A DNA stretch of 64,000 nt from Octopus sinensis (lineage: Eukaryota): positions 22,320,001-22,384,000 of the forward strand of contig NC_043018.1 of the NCBI RefSeq assembly GCF_006345805.1. Reading direction: 5' to 3'. Positions 50,227 to 64,000 of this stretch are shown one piece after another (the stretch's first letter is position 1; each line of letters opens with the position of its first letter). Below the pieces are notes generated by a model. That model saw only the letters and a program-made list of their open reading frames with translations. It ran no database searches and was not told the DNA's origin. Made by a program: the position numbers and the translations under genes.

Positions 50227-50646
50227 AGGTAAATGTTTGACACGACGTCGACAACATAACCATCAAAATTGAAAATGGCGTCGATAGAGAGAAACAAACA
50301 ATGGCCGTGTCACAATTTAGATAAACACAGAAGCAAATGCCTTGGTGTTTCTGCAAGAACGAATGTATGCAAGGCGTGCAGGTACACGCATGCAAACACC
50401 CACGCACGCCTGCACGTTCATGAACGATTAACATAGCAGAATGCATACACTTTCACGCTTACTATACCAGAATGCATATATTAATATTATTTAAATATTT
50501 ACACAGATACACATTCGCAACCATACAATTTGCTGGGTTATCTTTCCAGCTACATTTCTAAACTATTAAATATATATATATATTCTGAAATGTTTAACTA
50601 CATAAAAACAGATAGCTTTACATTTTACACGCACTCGCACATACAA

Positions 50647-50701
<55 letters not shown>

Positions 50702-50949
50702 TATATATTATTATATATAGATATATATATTACGTGTGCAGTATACAGACATGCACATGTATTGATACACACAAAAATGTGTGCGTGTGTATAGTAAGAA
50801 AGTATGTGTACACATAAATATACAGTTAAATAACGTGTATGTGTAGTTTTAATAGCATATATGTATATACACACAGAAAGTTATATAACATTCTACTCGC
50901 ACACACCACGCTACATATATCTGTACACAAACACAATTATGCACAACAG

Positions 50950-51505
50950 ACATACATACATATATATATATATACATATACACATACTTATATACATATA
51001 TACATTTATACATATACACATATACACATACTTATATACATATATACATACATACATATACTTATATACATATACATATATACATATACACATACTTATA
51101 TACATATACACATACTTATATACTTATATACATATACACATACTTATATACATATACACATACTTATATACATATACACATACTTATATACATATACACA
51201 TACTTATATACATATACACATACTTATATACATATACACATACTTATATACATATACACATACTTATATACATATACACATACTTATATACATATACACA
51301 TACTTATATACATATACACATACTTATATACATACACACATACTTATATACATATACACATACTTATATACATATACACATACTTATATACATACACACA
51401 TACTTATATACATATATACATACTTATATACATACACACATACTTATATACATATACATATATACATATACACATACTTATATACATATACATATACATA
51501 TATAA
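50950..51505. repeat. 20-bp minisatellite (CATATACACATACTTATATA)n
   Basis: Seen directly; most homogeneous at ~51130-51410. Confidence 0.93.
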
Positions 51506-52484
51506 GCAGTTAAAGAACATAAACTGTGTGTGTATTTATACATATACACACACATATATCTATATACCTATGTATATAGATATATATTTATGCGCACGTG
51601 TATGTGTGTGTGTGTGTGTGTATGTGTGTGTGTGTGTGTGTGTGCGTGTGCGTATGTGTGTGCATATACACACTTTTAATTATATGCAACGTGTATTATC
51701 TTCCCGAATAAGTTTATATGCATGTTTTGATGTTCATACGCATGTTTCGGAGAAGTTTTTTTCATAGGCTTCACAATAACTTGTTTAGTTTGTTGTTTTT
51801 ATTTATACAATTTATCCTTTCGTTATTTACTTATAGGAATCTTTGAATATTTTTCTACGCATATATGTGTGTGTGTATGTGTGTGTGTGTGTAATAATAA
51901 CTTTATGCTTGTGTGTATCCGTTCGATGGCTTTCAGAAAATTCTTCAGATGGATTATGAAGAACAAGATTAGATCTATGACTAGTTTTTTTATGTCCGTT
52001 GAGAAAAATCTTTCTTACGCATGGCTGACCAATTTTCATTTGAGATTCGTTTTTTTCCTATCATCATCATCATCGTCGTCGTCTTCATCATCATCATCAT
52101 CATCATCGTATTTAATTTCTTTTCTGGTTTTTTTTTCTCAATCTATTATAAAAACACACACACACACAAAAAAAATTTTCTCCGATTTTATTTTCCTTAC
52201 TGGCAGCTGTTTTTCGTAATTCCCATCAAGTAGCAGATAGCTGAGTTTTATAATGTGACTTACTTGCATAAAACAAAAAGCATTTCACGTAGTTGTTTGT
52301 TTTCAGCAATAATAATAATAACAATAATAATAATGATGTTCAAGACGTAGTTTACTTTAGTGTCTTCTGTTTGCTGTTGCCATCAGCTTAGGAGATATAT
52401 GGATTTTTATTCAATTAAACCAAATCCACTGAAGGCTAATACACACTTTATATCCACATAGGAAGCCTATACCCGTATGTGTGT

Positions 52485-53065
52485 GTGTATACATAATACA
52501 AATATATATACTCACATATATGCATGAATACATACATAATACAAATATATATACTCACATATATGCATGAATACATACATAATACAAATATATATATACT
52601 CACATATATGCATGAATACATACATACATATATATATACTCACATATATGCATGAATACATACATACATATATATATACTCACATATATGCATGAATACA
52701 TACATACATATATATATACTCACATATATGCATGAATACATACATACATACATATATATATACTCACATATATGCATGAATACATACATACATACATATA
52801 TATATACTCACATATATGCATGAATACATACATACATACATATATATATACTCACATATATGCATGAATACATACATACATACATATATATATACTCACA
52901 TATATGCATGAATACATACATACATACATATATATATATACTCACATATATGCATGAATACATACATACATACATATATATATACTCACATATATGCATG
53001 AATACATACATACATACATATATATATACTCACATATATGCATGAATACATATATATATATATAT
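52485..53065. repeat. 40-46-bp minisatellite CTCACATATATGCATGAA(TACA)n(TA)n, 13 copies
   Basis: CTCACATAT counted 13 times between 52511 and 53029. Confidence 0.92.
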
Positions 53066-53199
53066 ACATATATTTGTTCCAATATATACACTCCTGCATA
53101 CTTATACATATGTATACATATAAACATACCTACACAAACATTTGTATATTTATCAAAAAATTCTTGCCGCGTCTCAAGATGGATGACAAACAAATGCTT

Positions 53200-54480
53200 T
53201 TTTCGTCTTAATTGATGTATTTAATCAAGATAATATTTCCCTTCATTACTAACATAATCCCGAGTATTTGATAAATTCTTGATTTCTCTGGCGTAAAATT
53301 CTTCAGACATCGAAGCAAGAAAAAGGACACCCCAACTCCTACACATTATTGTTAACCTCTCCACAATTAAAAACAAAACTTTTTTTTCCTAAATAACGTT
53401 GCAATGATACGAAACGATGGTAGCCAGATAGAGCAAAATCAGAGGAATAAGAAGGATGGGCGCTCTTCCGATTAATGTTTGTGCAATGCTTCCAACTGGC
53501 GACAAAACTTCGCATTAATAAAATATTTTTTGGGTTTAACACTAACACTTCATGATAGACACTATCTTTCATATCTCACAAAACAGATCATAACTTTTTT
53601 CTTGTGTAGTCTTGGTTTGGGGATGGACTCCTTTTCCACTGGGTGCTAACCATTGTTGATTTCATTGGATACAATTACAGATAATCTATTTTTCATCACT
53701 TGTGATGATTCTACCCAAGAAAGGCTCGGCAGCAAGTCTACTCTTCGTTGTCGACACGAGGGCAACACTTTGATTAAGCTGAGAACCGGTCAGATGATGA
53801 GGTGGCCCAGTAACCAAGTTTAAACACTGCTCCAAAGTCATGAGAGGTGTTTATGATGAAAGTGTGACTTGAATTCAACAGTTTTGCTAATTGTCGAGCA
53901 CTTTGCTTCGGATTTTCCTTAAAACTACGATTTTTAGAACCTTAATATTGATGGAAGTTGGTCGTCAGATCGAAGGAAATCTGCAAGAGAGGAATTTCCA
54001 AAACGAAACTCGCCAAAACAATTGTTGGTAAGTCCGAACACCGAAGGCTTTATTTCTATAGACGACGACAACCATGGGATTGCACCGAGAAAGTTGCCCT
54101 CCGAGGCACATGTCCGGGCAAGGTTGTTTATGGAAGACCAGCAGTCGCCAATGCATAACAGCCTCCCCTCCTCTCCATGCCACTGATGTTATCCAAGGGA
54201 AAGGTAAAGGGGCCGATACAGCTTGGCACAAGTGACGTCACAACTCATTTCTACAGATGAGTGAACTGGAGCAACGTGAATAAAGTGTCTTGCTCAAGAG
54301 CACAACACAGCCCGGTCCGGTAATCGAACTCACTATCTCACGATAGTGAGCCTGACGCTCCAACCACTGAGCCATGCGTCTATAGAAGAACAAATACTTC
54401 TTGCCGTTTGCAAAGCTGAAGAAACCGTTTTGAAGTCATACGCTACACAGTGTCTGATATGGGTCTGATGTAAACTCCTT
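53200..54480 (-). pseudogene. Decayed mariner transposase, split by SINE D
   Basis: Minus frames HIRHCVAYDF, VRTYQQLFWR, LGRIITSDEK, KKVMI, HPSYSSDFALSGYHRFVSLQ. Confidence 0.75.
54063..54378 (-). mobile_element. SINE D inserted in the mariner relic
   Basis: 8-bp TSD TCTATAGA at 54055-62 and 54379-86. Confidence 0.88.
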
Positions 54481-54938
54481 TTAAAAGGGGAAAAATCGAT
54501 GTTAATGTAACTACTGTGGCATAAAGTCAGCTACCAAGAAAGAAAAAACCCCGTTAGAATGTAAAAATTAATAGTTATAAAGTAAGTATTGAAAAGGTAC
54601 CCTCAGATGGATCATGTCAAAAATGCTACAGGACTTTCTTTCCAACCTAATTCATATTTATACTCACATGTAGAATAAAAAAGAAAATTAGTAGGAAAAT
54701 GCTCAAATTTTATGTTGAAAAAATACATTTATGAAATAGGTTTCTCCAACATATATTTCTGTGTTCTTCTGAATCCTTTTTACAATTCCCTGCGTGGTAT
54801 TTTTTTCTCGAATCTTTCTATTATATAATAAAGAAAAATATGTCATGACCATTATATATATATATATATATAAAAGCAAACTAGCTAGTTGTAAAATCTT
54901 GAGAAGAGAGTAGAGTAATAACTGTACCAAAAAGTAAA

Positions 54939-55160
54939 GCCAGTCGCCGTATCAAAGCGTCTGTTGAATGTTACTACTAGTTTAACTCCGGGTAGATTCT
55001 CCGCCAGCTGGTTATCGGTGTGACTCTGCACCCTCTATATAATACAATATATTGTTAACAAGGGAAGCGAATCCCTCGCACTGACAATCAGCTGGCGTAG
55101 ATTCTGCCTGGGGTTAAACTAGCAGTATCATTCAACAGTCACTTTCATGTGGCGACTGAC
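54939..55160. mobile_element. MITE with ~70-bp imperfect TIRs
   Basis: CAGTCGCC..CTGTTGAATG..CTAGTTTAAC.CC.GG..CGCCAGCTG mirrored at the right end; related pieces at ~62528 and ~63025-63055. Confidence 0.7.
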
Positions 55161-55857
55161 TATATAATACACACACACACACACACACACACAAATACAC
55201 ACATGTATGTATGTATGTATATATGTATGAATGTTGTATTCACTTTGTAAACTTGAAATATTTTCGCCAAGACTTTAAGAATACATCAACTCTTTGGCAA
55301 AGCCAGAATTCGAAGGAAAAAATCGAGGACATTTAAGGCTGATGTAAGATTTGAAGTCATTCCAATTTAAAGAAGTGTTGAGCTCCAAGGTGGTAGATAC
55401 GTAAATCTTACTGGCATTAATTTCGCTACAAGTATATTCGATGAGATTTTTAACAGCAGTCCTGCTTAAATAGTTTTTTGAAAGGCCACTTCACTTAATT
55501 GCTAAAGTTCCCGCGTTGTTATTGACAATATCATACAATGAAACGCAGTAAAATGTTCGTTGTTTGCTATAATTATTTCTATTCCATTCACAATTCTGTC
55601 GTAGGGCTTCGGTGACCGATGACATTTCATTGATAACCGAACAATGAACATAGCTGTCTCTATTCTCTTAACTTTTATCTCTCTGTCATAAAATGGCAGA
55701 ATGATATTTGTTAAGTTAGGTGAAATATTTGACACATCAGTCACCAGTAAAGAAATAACGCGGTTCACGCATCTCTTTAATTCTTTTCTTTTTTTTTTTT
55801 TAGCTGTATATTGAATAATAACATTAAAAATTTGTTGTTGGTGGTGGTGGTGGTGGT

Positions 55858-55858
55858 G

Positions 55859-55944
<86 letters not shown>
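55858..55944. repeat. (ATT)n microsatellite preceded by (GGT)n
   Basis: Seen directly. Confidence 0.95.
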
Positions 55945-55946
<2 letters not shown>

Positions 55947-56690
55947 AGGCGGTGAGCTGGCAGAATTGTTAGCACGCCGGGCGAAATGCGTAGCCGTATT
56001 TCGTCTGTCTTTACGTTCTGAGTTCAAATTCCGCCGAGGTCGACTTTGCTTTTCATCCTTTGGATTAAATAAGTACCAGTTACGCATTGGGGTCGATATA
56101 ATCGACTTACTCCGGTTGTCTGCCCTTGTTTGTCCTCTCTGTGTTTAGCCCCTTGTGGGTAGTAAAGAAATTGCTATTTTGTCTGCTGTTACGTTCTGAG
56201 TTCAAATTCCGCCGAGGTCGACTTTGCCTTTCATCCTTTCAGGGTCGATAAATTAAGTACCAGTTGCGCACTGGGGTCGATATAATCGAACTGATCCCTT
56301 TGTCCTTGTTTGTCCCCTCTGTGTTTGGCCCCTTGTGGGTAATAAAGAAATAGGTATTTGGTCTGTACGTTCTGAGTTCAAATTCCGCTGAGGTCGACTT
56401 TGCCTTTCATCCTTTCGGGGTCGATTAAATAAGTACCAGTTACGCACTGAGGTCGACGTAATTGGCTTAATCCCTTTGTCTGTCCTTGTTTGTCCTCTTG
56501 TGGGTAGTAAAGAAATAGCTATTTTGTCTGCTGTTACGTTCTGGGTTCAAATTCCGCCGAGGTCGACTTTACCTTTCATCCTTTCGAGGTCGATAAATTA
56601 AGTACCAGTTGCGCACTGGGGTCAATCTAATCGACTGGTCCCCTACCCCAAAATTTCGGGCCTTGTGTCTAGCATAGAAAAGATTATTAT
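55945..56690 (+). mobile_element. SINE A tetramer: head, three young-tail units, one ancestral-tail unit
   Basis: Units start at 55997, 56175, 56355 and 56520; the last ends in the ancestral tail GGCCTTGTGTCTAGCATAGAAAAG(ATT)n. Confidence 0.9.
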
Positions 56691-57560
56691 TAAAGGCAAC
56701 GAGCTTAAAGAATCGTTAGTACACCGGGCGAAATGATTAACAGTATTTCGTCTGTCTTTACGTTCTGAGTTCAAATTCCTCCGAGGTCGACTTTGCCTTT
56801 CATTCTTTCTGTGTCAATAAATTAAGTACCAGTGAAACACTGGGGTCGATGTTATCGACCAGTCCCCTCCCTCAAATATCAGTCCTTATGCCTTTAGTAG
56901 GAAGGAGGAGGAGGAGTAGGATCATCATCATCACCATCACCATCATCATCATCATGAGGAATCCTTAGTGCGCTCGGTGGAATTTGTCTCTTTACGTTCT
57001 GAGTTCAAATCTCGCCAGTCACCTTTGCCTTTCTTCCTTTCGGGGGTTGATAAAATAATGCATCAGTGAAGTACTGGAAGCTGATGTAATCGACTTGTCC
57101 CCACCCCACCACCCTGAAATTTCTGGCCTTGCGTCAAAACCTGAAACTATTGTCAGCTGATAGAATCGAGAGTGTGCCGGATCAAATGCTTAGCAGCTTT
57201 CCTTCCAATTCTTAGCGTTCTGAGTTCATATGCAACCGAAACCAACTTTACCTTTCGCCGTAGTTGATCACGGGGTAACATGTTTTCCACTTGTCTCAGT
57301 CCTCTAAACTTGCTCACCTTTAGTCATAATTTGAAAGCATTATTATTATGAGAGCGATAGAACAGGCAATTTCTTTAGCGCGCCAAACAAAATGCTTACT
57401 TACATTTCTCCGACTCTTTACATTGCGAGTTCAAATGCCGCCGAGGTCAAATTTGCCCTTTCGCCCCTTCAGAACCGATGCATTAAAGTACCAGTTGAAC
57501 ACTGAGGTCGGTGCAATCAACTTCCTTTCTCTAAAACTGTTGCCACCCTTGTGCCTATTG
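56691..57560 (+). repeat. Run of about four more same-strand SINE A copies, progressively decayed
   Basis: TTCTGAGTTCAAAT-like motifs near 56765, 56997, 57218 and 57427. Confidence 0.75.
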
Positions 57561-58179
57561 GACAAATAATTATTATTTCAAGTGAATATGAATAAAATCT
57601 AGTCTCACACATGACTGTTTCTAAAACGTTTTAGCATATTGCCAGCATTAGGTTTTCATCTATCACCATTATTATTATTATTATTATTATATTATTATTA
57701 TAATAAGCACAGAGAAACTACTCCGTCGTATAATCCATTTATTCCTAGCAACAACCACAGCATCTCTCTCGTGTTTGCGATAGAATATCTAATGAAATAT
57801 GAAGCTATTAACTTTGAAAAGTTCCATTCCTTAAGGATCAAACAATCCCCGGTTAATTCGCTTCTTTAGAACTTCACACCCCATTTAACTTTGATAGTTG
57901 GGAAAAGCAAGCTCAAGGCGCTTCAATGTCGGATTTAGACCGTGCAGACGACCAGTTAATCAACACCACAATTTACAATCCCGAATCGAACGACAGCAAA
58001 GTCAAGATCGAACGCCTTACATTATACGAGAAATACAATTTATTGAAAAATATTTTCCTACAATACCCAATAGAAATTAAAAAAACAAAGCTCTACTTTC
58101 TAGAGATTCTGTTCAATTTCTCTATTATTTATTAAGAATGCAATTGTCTGGTGGTGGCGGTGGTGGTAGTAGTAGTAGT

Positions 58180-58563
58180 GTGGAGGCGCAATGGCCCAGT
58201 GGTTAGGGCAGCGGACTCGCGGTCGTAGGATCGCGGTTTCGATTCCCAGACCGGGCGTTGTGAGTGTTTATTGAGCGAAAACACCTAAAGCTCCACGAGG
58301 CTCCGGCAGGGGATGGTGGTGATCCCTGCTGTACTCTTTCACCACAACTTTCTCTCACTCTTACTTCCTGTTTCTGTTGTACCTGTATTTCAAAGGGCCG
58401 GCCTTGTCACTCTCTGTGTCACGCTGAATATCCCCGAGAACTGCGTTAAGGGTACACGTGTCTGTGGAGTGCTCAGCCACTTACACGTTAAATTCACGAG
58501 CAGGCTGTTCTGTTGATCGGATCAACCGGAACCCTCGTCGTCGTAACCGACGGAGTGCTTCCA
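58180..58563 (+). mobile_element. SINE E, full length, inserted in (GTA)n
   Basis: Homologous to 15321-15707; AGTAGTAGT on both flanks. Confidence 0.92.
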
Positions 58564-58654
58564 CAGTAGTAGTAGTTTATTTTAACCCCAGGTCAACTGC
58601 TATAGTGTTGACCAATGTTCAAAAATGATCCAGCAGTAACTAGCTTTCTTTTCT

Positions 58655-59365
58655 CTCATATTCTTTTATTTGTTTCAGTCACTTGACTGCGGCCATGCCA
58701 GAGCATCGCCTTAAAGGATTTTTTAGTCGGAGAAATTGAACCCCGGGACTTATTCTCTGTAAGACTAGTACTCATTCTATCCTCTTTTGCCGAACCGCTA
58801 AGTTACGGGAACGTAAACACACTAATATCAGTTGTCAAGCAATGGTGGGTGGGGACAAACACATATACTAAGATACACACACAGTGTACATAAAGGAATG
58901 TACATAAAAGAGTAATGTTGTTTAATAAGTAGAATATATATAAAAAAAGAGAATGTAAATATAAGTAAATATAAATATATATATATACATACACAAGATA
59001 AGAAAATGGAGAAATACATCTAAATCAAATATCAATTACCAGATAATAATCACATACTTTATTAAACCACCACATAAGAGCCTGTAGGGTTAAACAAAAA
59101 AGCAGATCAAATCAGTGTACATAAAGGAATGTACATAAAAGAGTAATGTTGTATAATAAGTAGAATATATATAAAAAAAGAGAATGTAAATATAAGTAAA
59201 TATAAATATAAGTATAGATTACATCTTACAGATGTCTCCCAAATCCACTCACAAGGCTTTGGTCGACCCAAGGCTATAATAAAAGACACCCGTCCAAGAT
59301 GCCACGCAGTGGAAATGGACCCGGAACCATGTGGTTGGGAAGCAAGTTTCCCACCACACGGCCTG
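58655..59365 (-). mobile_element. SINE B whose microsatellite position holds a ~350-bp insert with a ~100-bp duplication
   Basis: 3' module at 58660-58865, core and head at 59235-59365; CAGTGTACATAAAGGAATG at 58882 and 59113. Confidence 0.75.
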
Positions 59366-60739
59366 CGTTTTTTTATTAAGTGACTTCTGTTGGTCAATGC
59401 CGATCATATAAATGTACATATCGGTGCAGGCCTGGACAAGATTTTTTTCCAAAATGGCCAGCAGTTACCCACGCATGCAAGCTTCCTCTCATCAGGTCAC
59501 CAACGTTTATCCAAAGACGTCGACTTGGGCCAATAGAGCCTAGTACCATTGTTTGGAAGGCACTTTGTCAGAATGTAAAGAGTTGGAATAGCTATTGATG
59601 GATTCCATTAAACGAAGGTCTCTATCGGGGCAGAGTTGAGGCTATAATAATCAAGATATCACACGAACAACCCTTCTCGCTTGACTCCCTAACATTTCCG
59701 CTAATCCACCGCCCTGGATTGGTGATTTCCTTAACGACCCTGAATGGATGAAAGCCAAAGTTGACTTCGAGTATTTGAACTTAGAATCAGAAAAAATACC
59801 TCAGAGCATTCTGTCCATCGCTCTAACGATGCAGATAATTTGCTGCTTCTTTTGTTTTTGCAGGTTTTCATACTTATATTTCTTTTAAATTTATAATCAC
59901 CATTTAAGATGGATGAGAATTGTTCAATGGTTTTTGGCGGTAATCGATAAATTCCTCTTTAAAAGCCACATTTGTTTTCGGGTTTTCAACTGAAACAACA
60001 CTAACTATAGCTGTATCACATCTCAATTCCAACACAAAACGCGGACCTAATCTCAAACACTTTGAAAAAGAAACCAAAAAATCTGAAAGAGGTTCAATGT
60101 ACGAAAGTAACAACAATAGGAAGGTGTGCTTTTGTAAAAAAAAAAAGGTCTCTGAAAATAAATGTTTCCAAAAGTACAAAAAGGTTCTTAAAAATAGAAA
60201 AATTGTCAAATTAACTAGGGGTTTTTCTCACGTATATAGATTCAATTTGCAAAAGCCACATAATACTGGAGCGTGCTTTTCTAACGAAAATATTTCCTAA
60301 ACTGTCATGTCTTCAAAATGAGAAAAGGTGTCTAAAAATGAAAACAACTTTCAATCTGTTTCTCTTTTTTGTTTATATATATATATATAACAGTCACATT
60401 TACATAGACTCAGACATCTGTACAGAAATATTTGTAAAATTGACTTGATAATTAGTTAATTGTATCAGGCTATTTCCGATTGGAGTGAAAGAAAATCAAA
60501 ATATAACAAAATTAATATTTATGTGAAATGAGTGAAGTCGTTCCGGAAGCTTCTATTTTCATGATGCGTTAAAACGTCTGTAGTTAGCATCTCATGTTTA
60601 CAAACAACATCAAAAGGACTAATGTTTTCAAGTTATTCTTACCGTGTCAAAGTATCAAAGACTACCAAAGTTCAAATTTCGATATATACTATTTTAAACT
60701 ATACACACACACACATGTGTGTATATATATATATATATA

Positions 60740-62314
<1,575 letters not shown>

Positions 62315-62369
62315 CTTTTGTTTCGGTCGTAAGAAAGCGGTTCCGCTGGGGGGAGGGGTGTTGCCTTCA

Positions 62370-63300
62370 AAGGGTTTAGCCAAACAAATGGAGACCAGTG
62401 CTTATTGCTTTTGAAGTCTGGTACGTGTTCTATCCATATCTTCTGTCGAATCGTAAGTTACGGAGATGTAAACAAACCAACACCGGCCATGAAGTGATGG
62501 TGACACCCACACACACACACACACACAAGCTGGTTATCGGTGCAACACTGCACCCTATACATATATATTGCCAGCAACTAGCTATTTTGCTTGCAGTAAA
62601 TCAGTGACCGATGGTCGCTTTGTTTATAATATATTGCTGGCTGGAGCGGACTCTGGCCATCTCTCTGGCGACCAAGTGTTCGTGACTGAGGATGAGGAAA
62701 CTAGCTCGAAACCGAATCGGTCTCGCGATCCTTTTGTCTGCTGGAAGATGGTATTGGTTTGCTTTCCTGCTGGCAATATTTACGTACAGGATGCAGTGAT
62801 GCGCTACGCCGGGCGAAATGCGCAGCCGTATTTCGTCTGCCGTTACGTTCTGAGTTCAAATTCCGCCGAGGTCGACTTTGCCTTTCATCCTTTCGGGGTC
62901 GATAAATTAAGTACCAGTTACGCACTGGGACCGATGTAATCGACTTAATCCGTTTGTCTGTCCTTGTTTGTACCCTCGATGTTTAGCCCCTTGTGGGTAG
63001 TAAAGAAACAGATAATGAACTGACAGATCTGCCTGGGGTTAAACTAGTAGTAACATGGAACAGCCACATTGTTGTAGAGATTAGCTTTACTTGTTAGTAT
63101 ACTTACTTCTCGCATCTCATTGAGACTTTACAACTAGCTATTCTGAGTGTGTGTGTGTGTGTGTGTGCATCCGGCGACCTTTCACGCATAGTTACTATCT
63201 ATTTCATCCACACACGCAAGGTACCATGCAGTCGGACTGAACCCAAAACTAAGTGGTAAAAAAGCGAGTTCCTTAACCGCACAGCCATGTCTGCGCATGC
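62370..63300 (-). mobile_element. Old SINE B containing nested MITE pieces and a SINE A
   Basis: 3' module at ~62370-62505, (CA)n, MITE-related sequence ~62528-63060, (GT)n, then B head ~63200-63295. Confidence 0.55.
62806..63008 (+). mobile_element. SINE A, young-tail monomer, 5'-truncated
   Basis: ACGCCGGGCGAAATGCGCAGCCGTATTTCG through GGGTAGTAAAGAAA. Confidence 0.88.
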
Positions 63301-64000
63301 ACGCGTGTGCGACCTCAGGTCAATTCACATCTTATTAAGCCCCAAAATAATCCTCAGACGAAGATTTTTTATTGGTAAAAAAAACCCTGATTTCTGGAGT
63401 TAACTACACCCATATACCTTTGCTGAAACCCACACACAATACATCGCCCCGTATCCATCCAGGGCCCGAATATTTCTTCGATATTTAATGAAGTATGCTA
63501 CATGTATTTAGGCATGAAGGAACACATTTCTTTTAAGAAACATATCGTAAACAAGGAATATAACCGCAGAATAAAACAATAAGATTTTCAGCACTTTGCG
63601 CAAACAACCAGTTGACACACGATGCATTTCTATAGACCGTAAGTGAGAGCGAGGTTATTGATGTTAAAACATGAAAAGTATTAACCCATAACAGAAATTT
63701 CCCCTTCAGTGAAGTATATCAACCTAACTTAAAACGAAAAAATGCCAAAGGCTTATATAACGCTTTAAACAGCTTTCGCATGTAGCTTCATTTCCCTTCG
63801 GCAACATCTGACCAGCAAAGACGATACTGCATCTGAAAACCAAGTCTACACACCTGAGGCAGAAATCTTGAATATTGAGTAAATAAATGTGTGCTAACCA
63901 GATCAGGATATATCTTGATGTAGGAGTCGTGCGTATCGCGATCGTTCGAAATACGTATTAGTGAGTCTACGCAGTCGTAAATACGTTGTTAGTGGCATAC

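Noticed and set aside
57926-58135. 69-aa ORF MSDLDRADDQLINTT in a non-repeat, CpG-containing stretch
   Set aside because: No recognisable domain or clear splice donor; cannot be supported without RNA or homology data.
58264-58516. Recurrent ORFs MFIERKHLKLHEAP / MVVIPAVLFHH and MRNWYLIYRPRK
   Set aside because: They recur only because they lie inside multi-copy SINE E and SINE A; not genes.

Overview
A eukaryotic, AT-rich, repeat-saturated window in which I found no supportable host protein-coding exon. The repeat families and the microsatellite load suggest a coleoid cephalopod, probably Octopus; this is inferred from pattern recognition, not from a search. It is a mosaic of the following. 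(1) Four tRNA-headed SINE families, provisionally labelled A, B, D and E. (2) LINE fragments: RTE, CR1, R4/Dong-like and possibly Penelope. (3) DNA transposon relics: one full-length TIR-bounded mariner, a decayed mariner, three maT/DD37D-like relics, a hAT relic and MITE-like inverted repeats. (4) Three complete TC...CTAG non-autonomous Helitrons, plus Helentron Rep and Helitron helicase remnants. (5) A U6 snRNA pseudogene. (6) Micro- and minisatellites and microsatellite-bounded duplications. Most long ORFs in the supplied track are microsatellite or SINE artefacts. The most notable signal is SINE A. It forms head-to-tail multimers of a ~184-bp unit with an invariant junction (AAAGAAATA joined to GGTATTTC), and its TSD-resolved insertions sit at GGTA-containing targets, which suggests a self-targeting ('homing') SINE. 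Two other structures stand out: a TSD-flanked fold-back RTE insertion forming a 111-bp hairpin, and a 212-bp perfect inverted duplication. Family labels and clade names come from motif recognition and need database confirmation.
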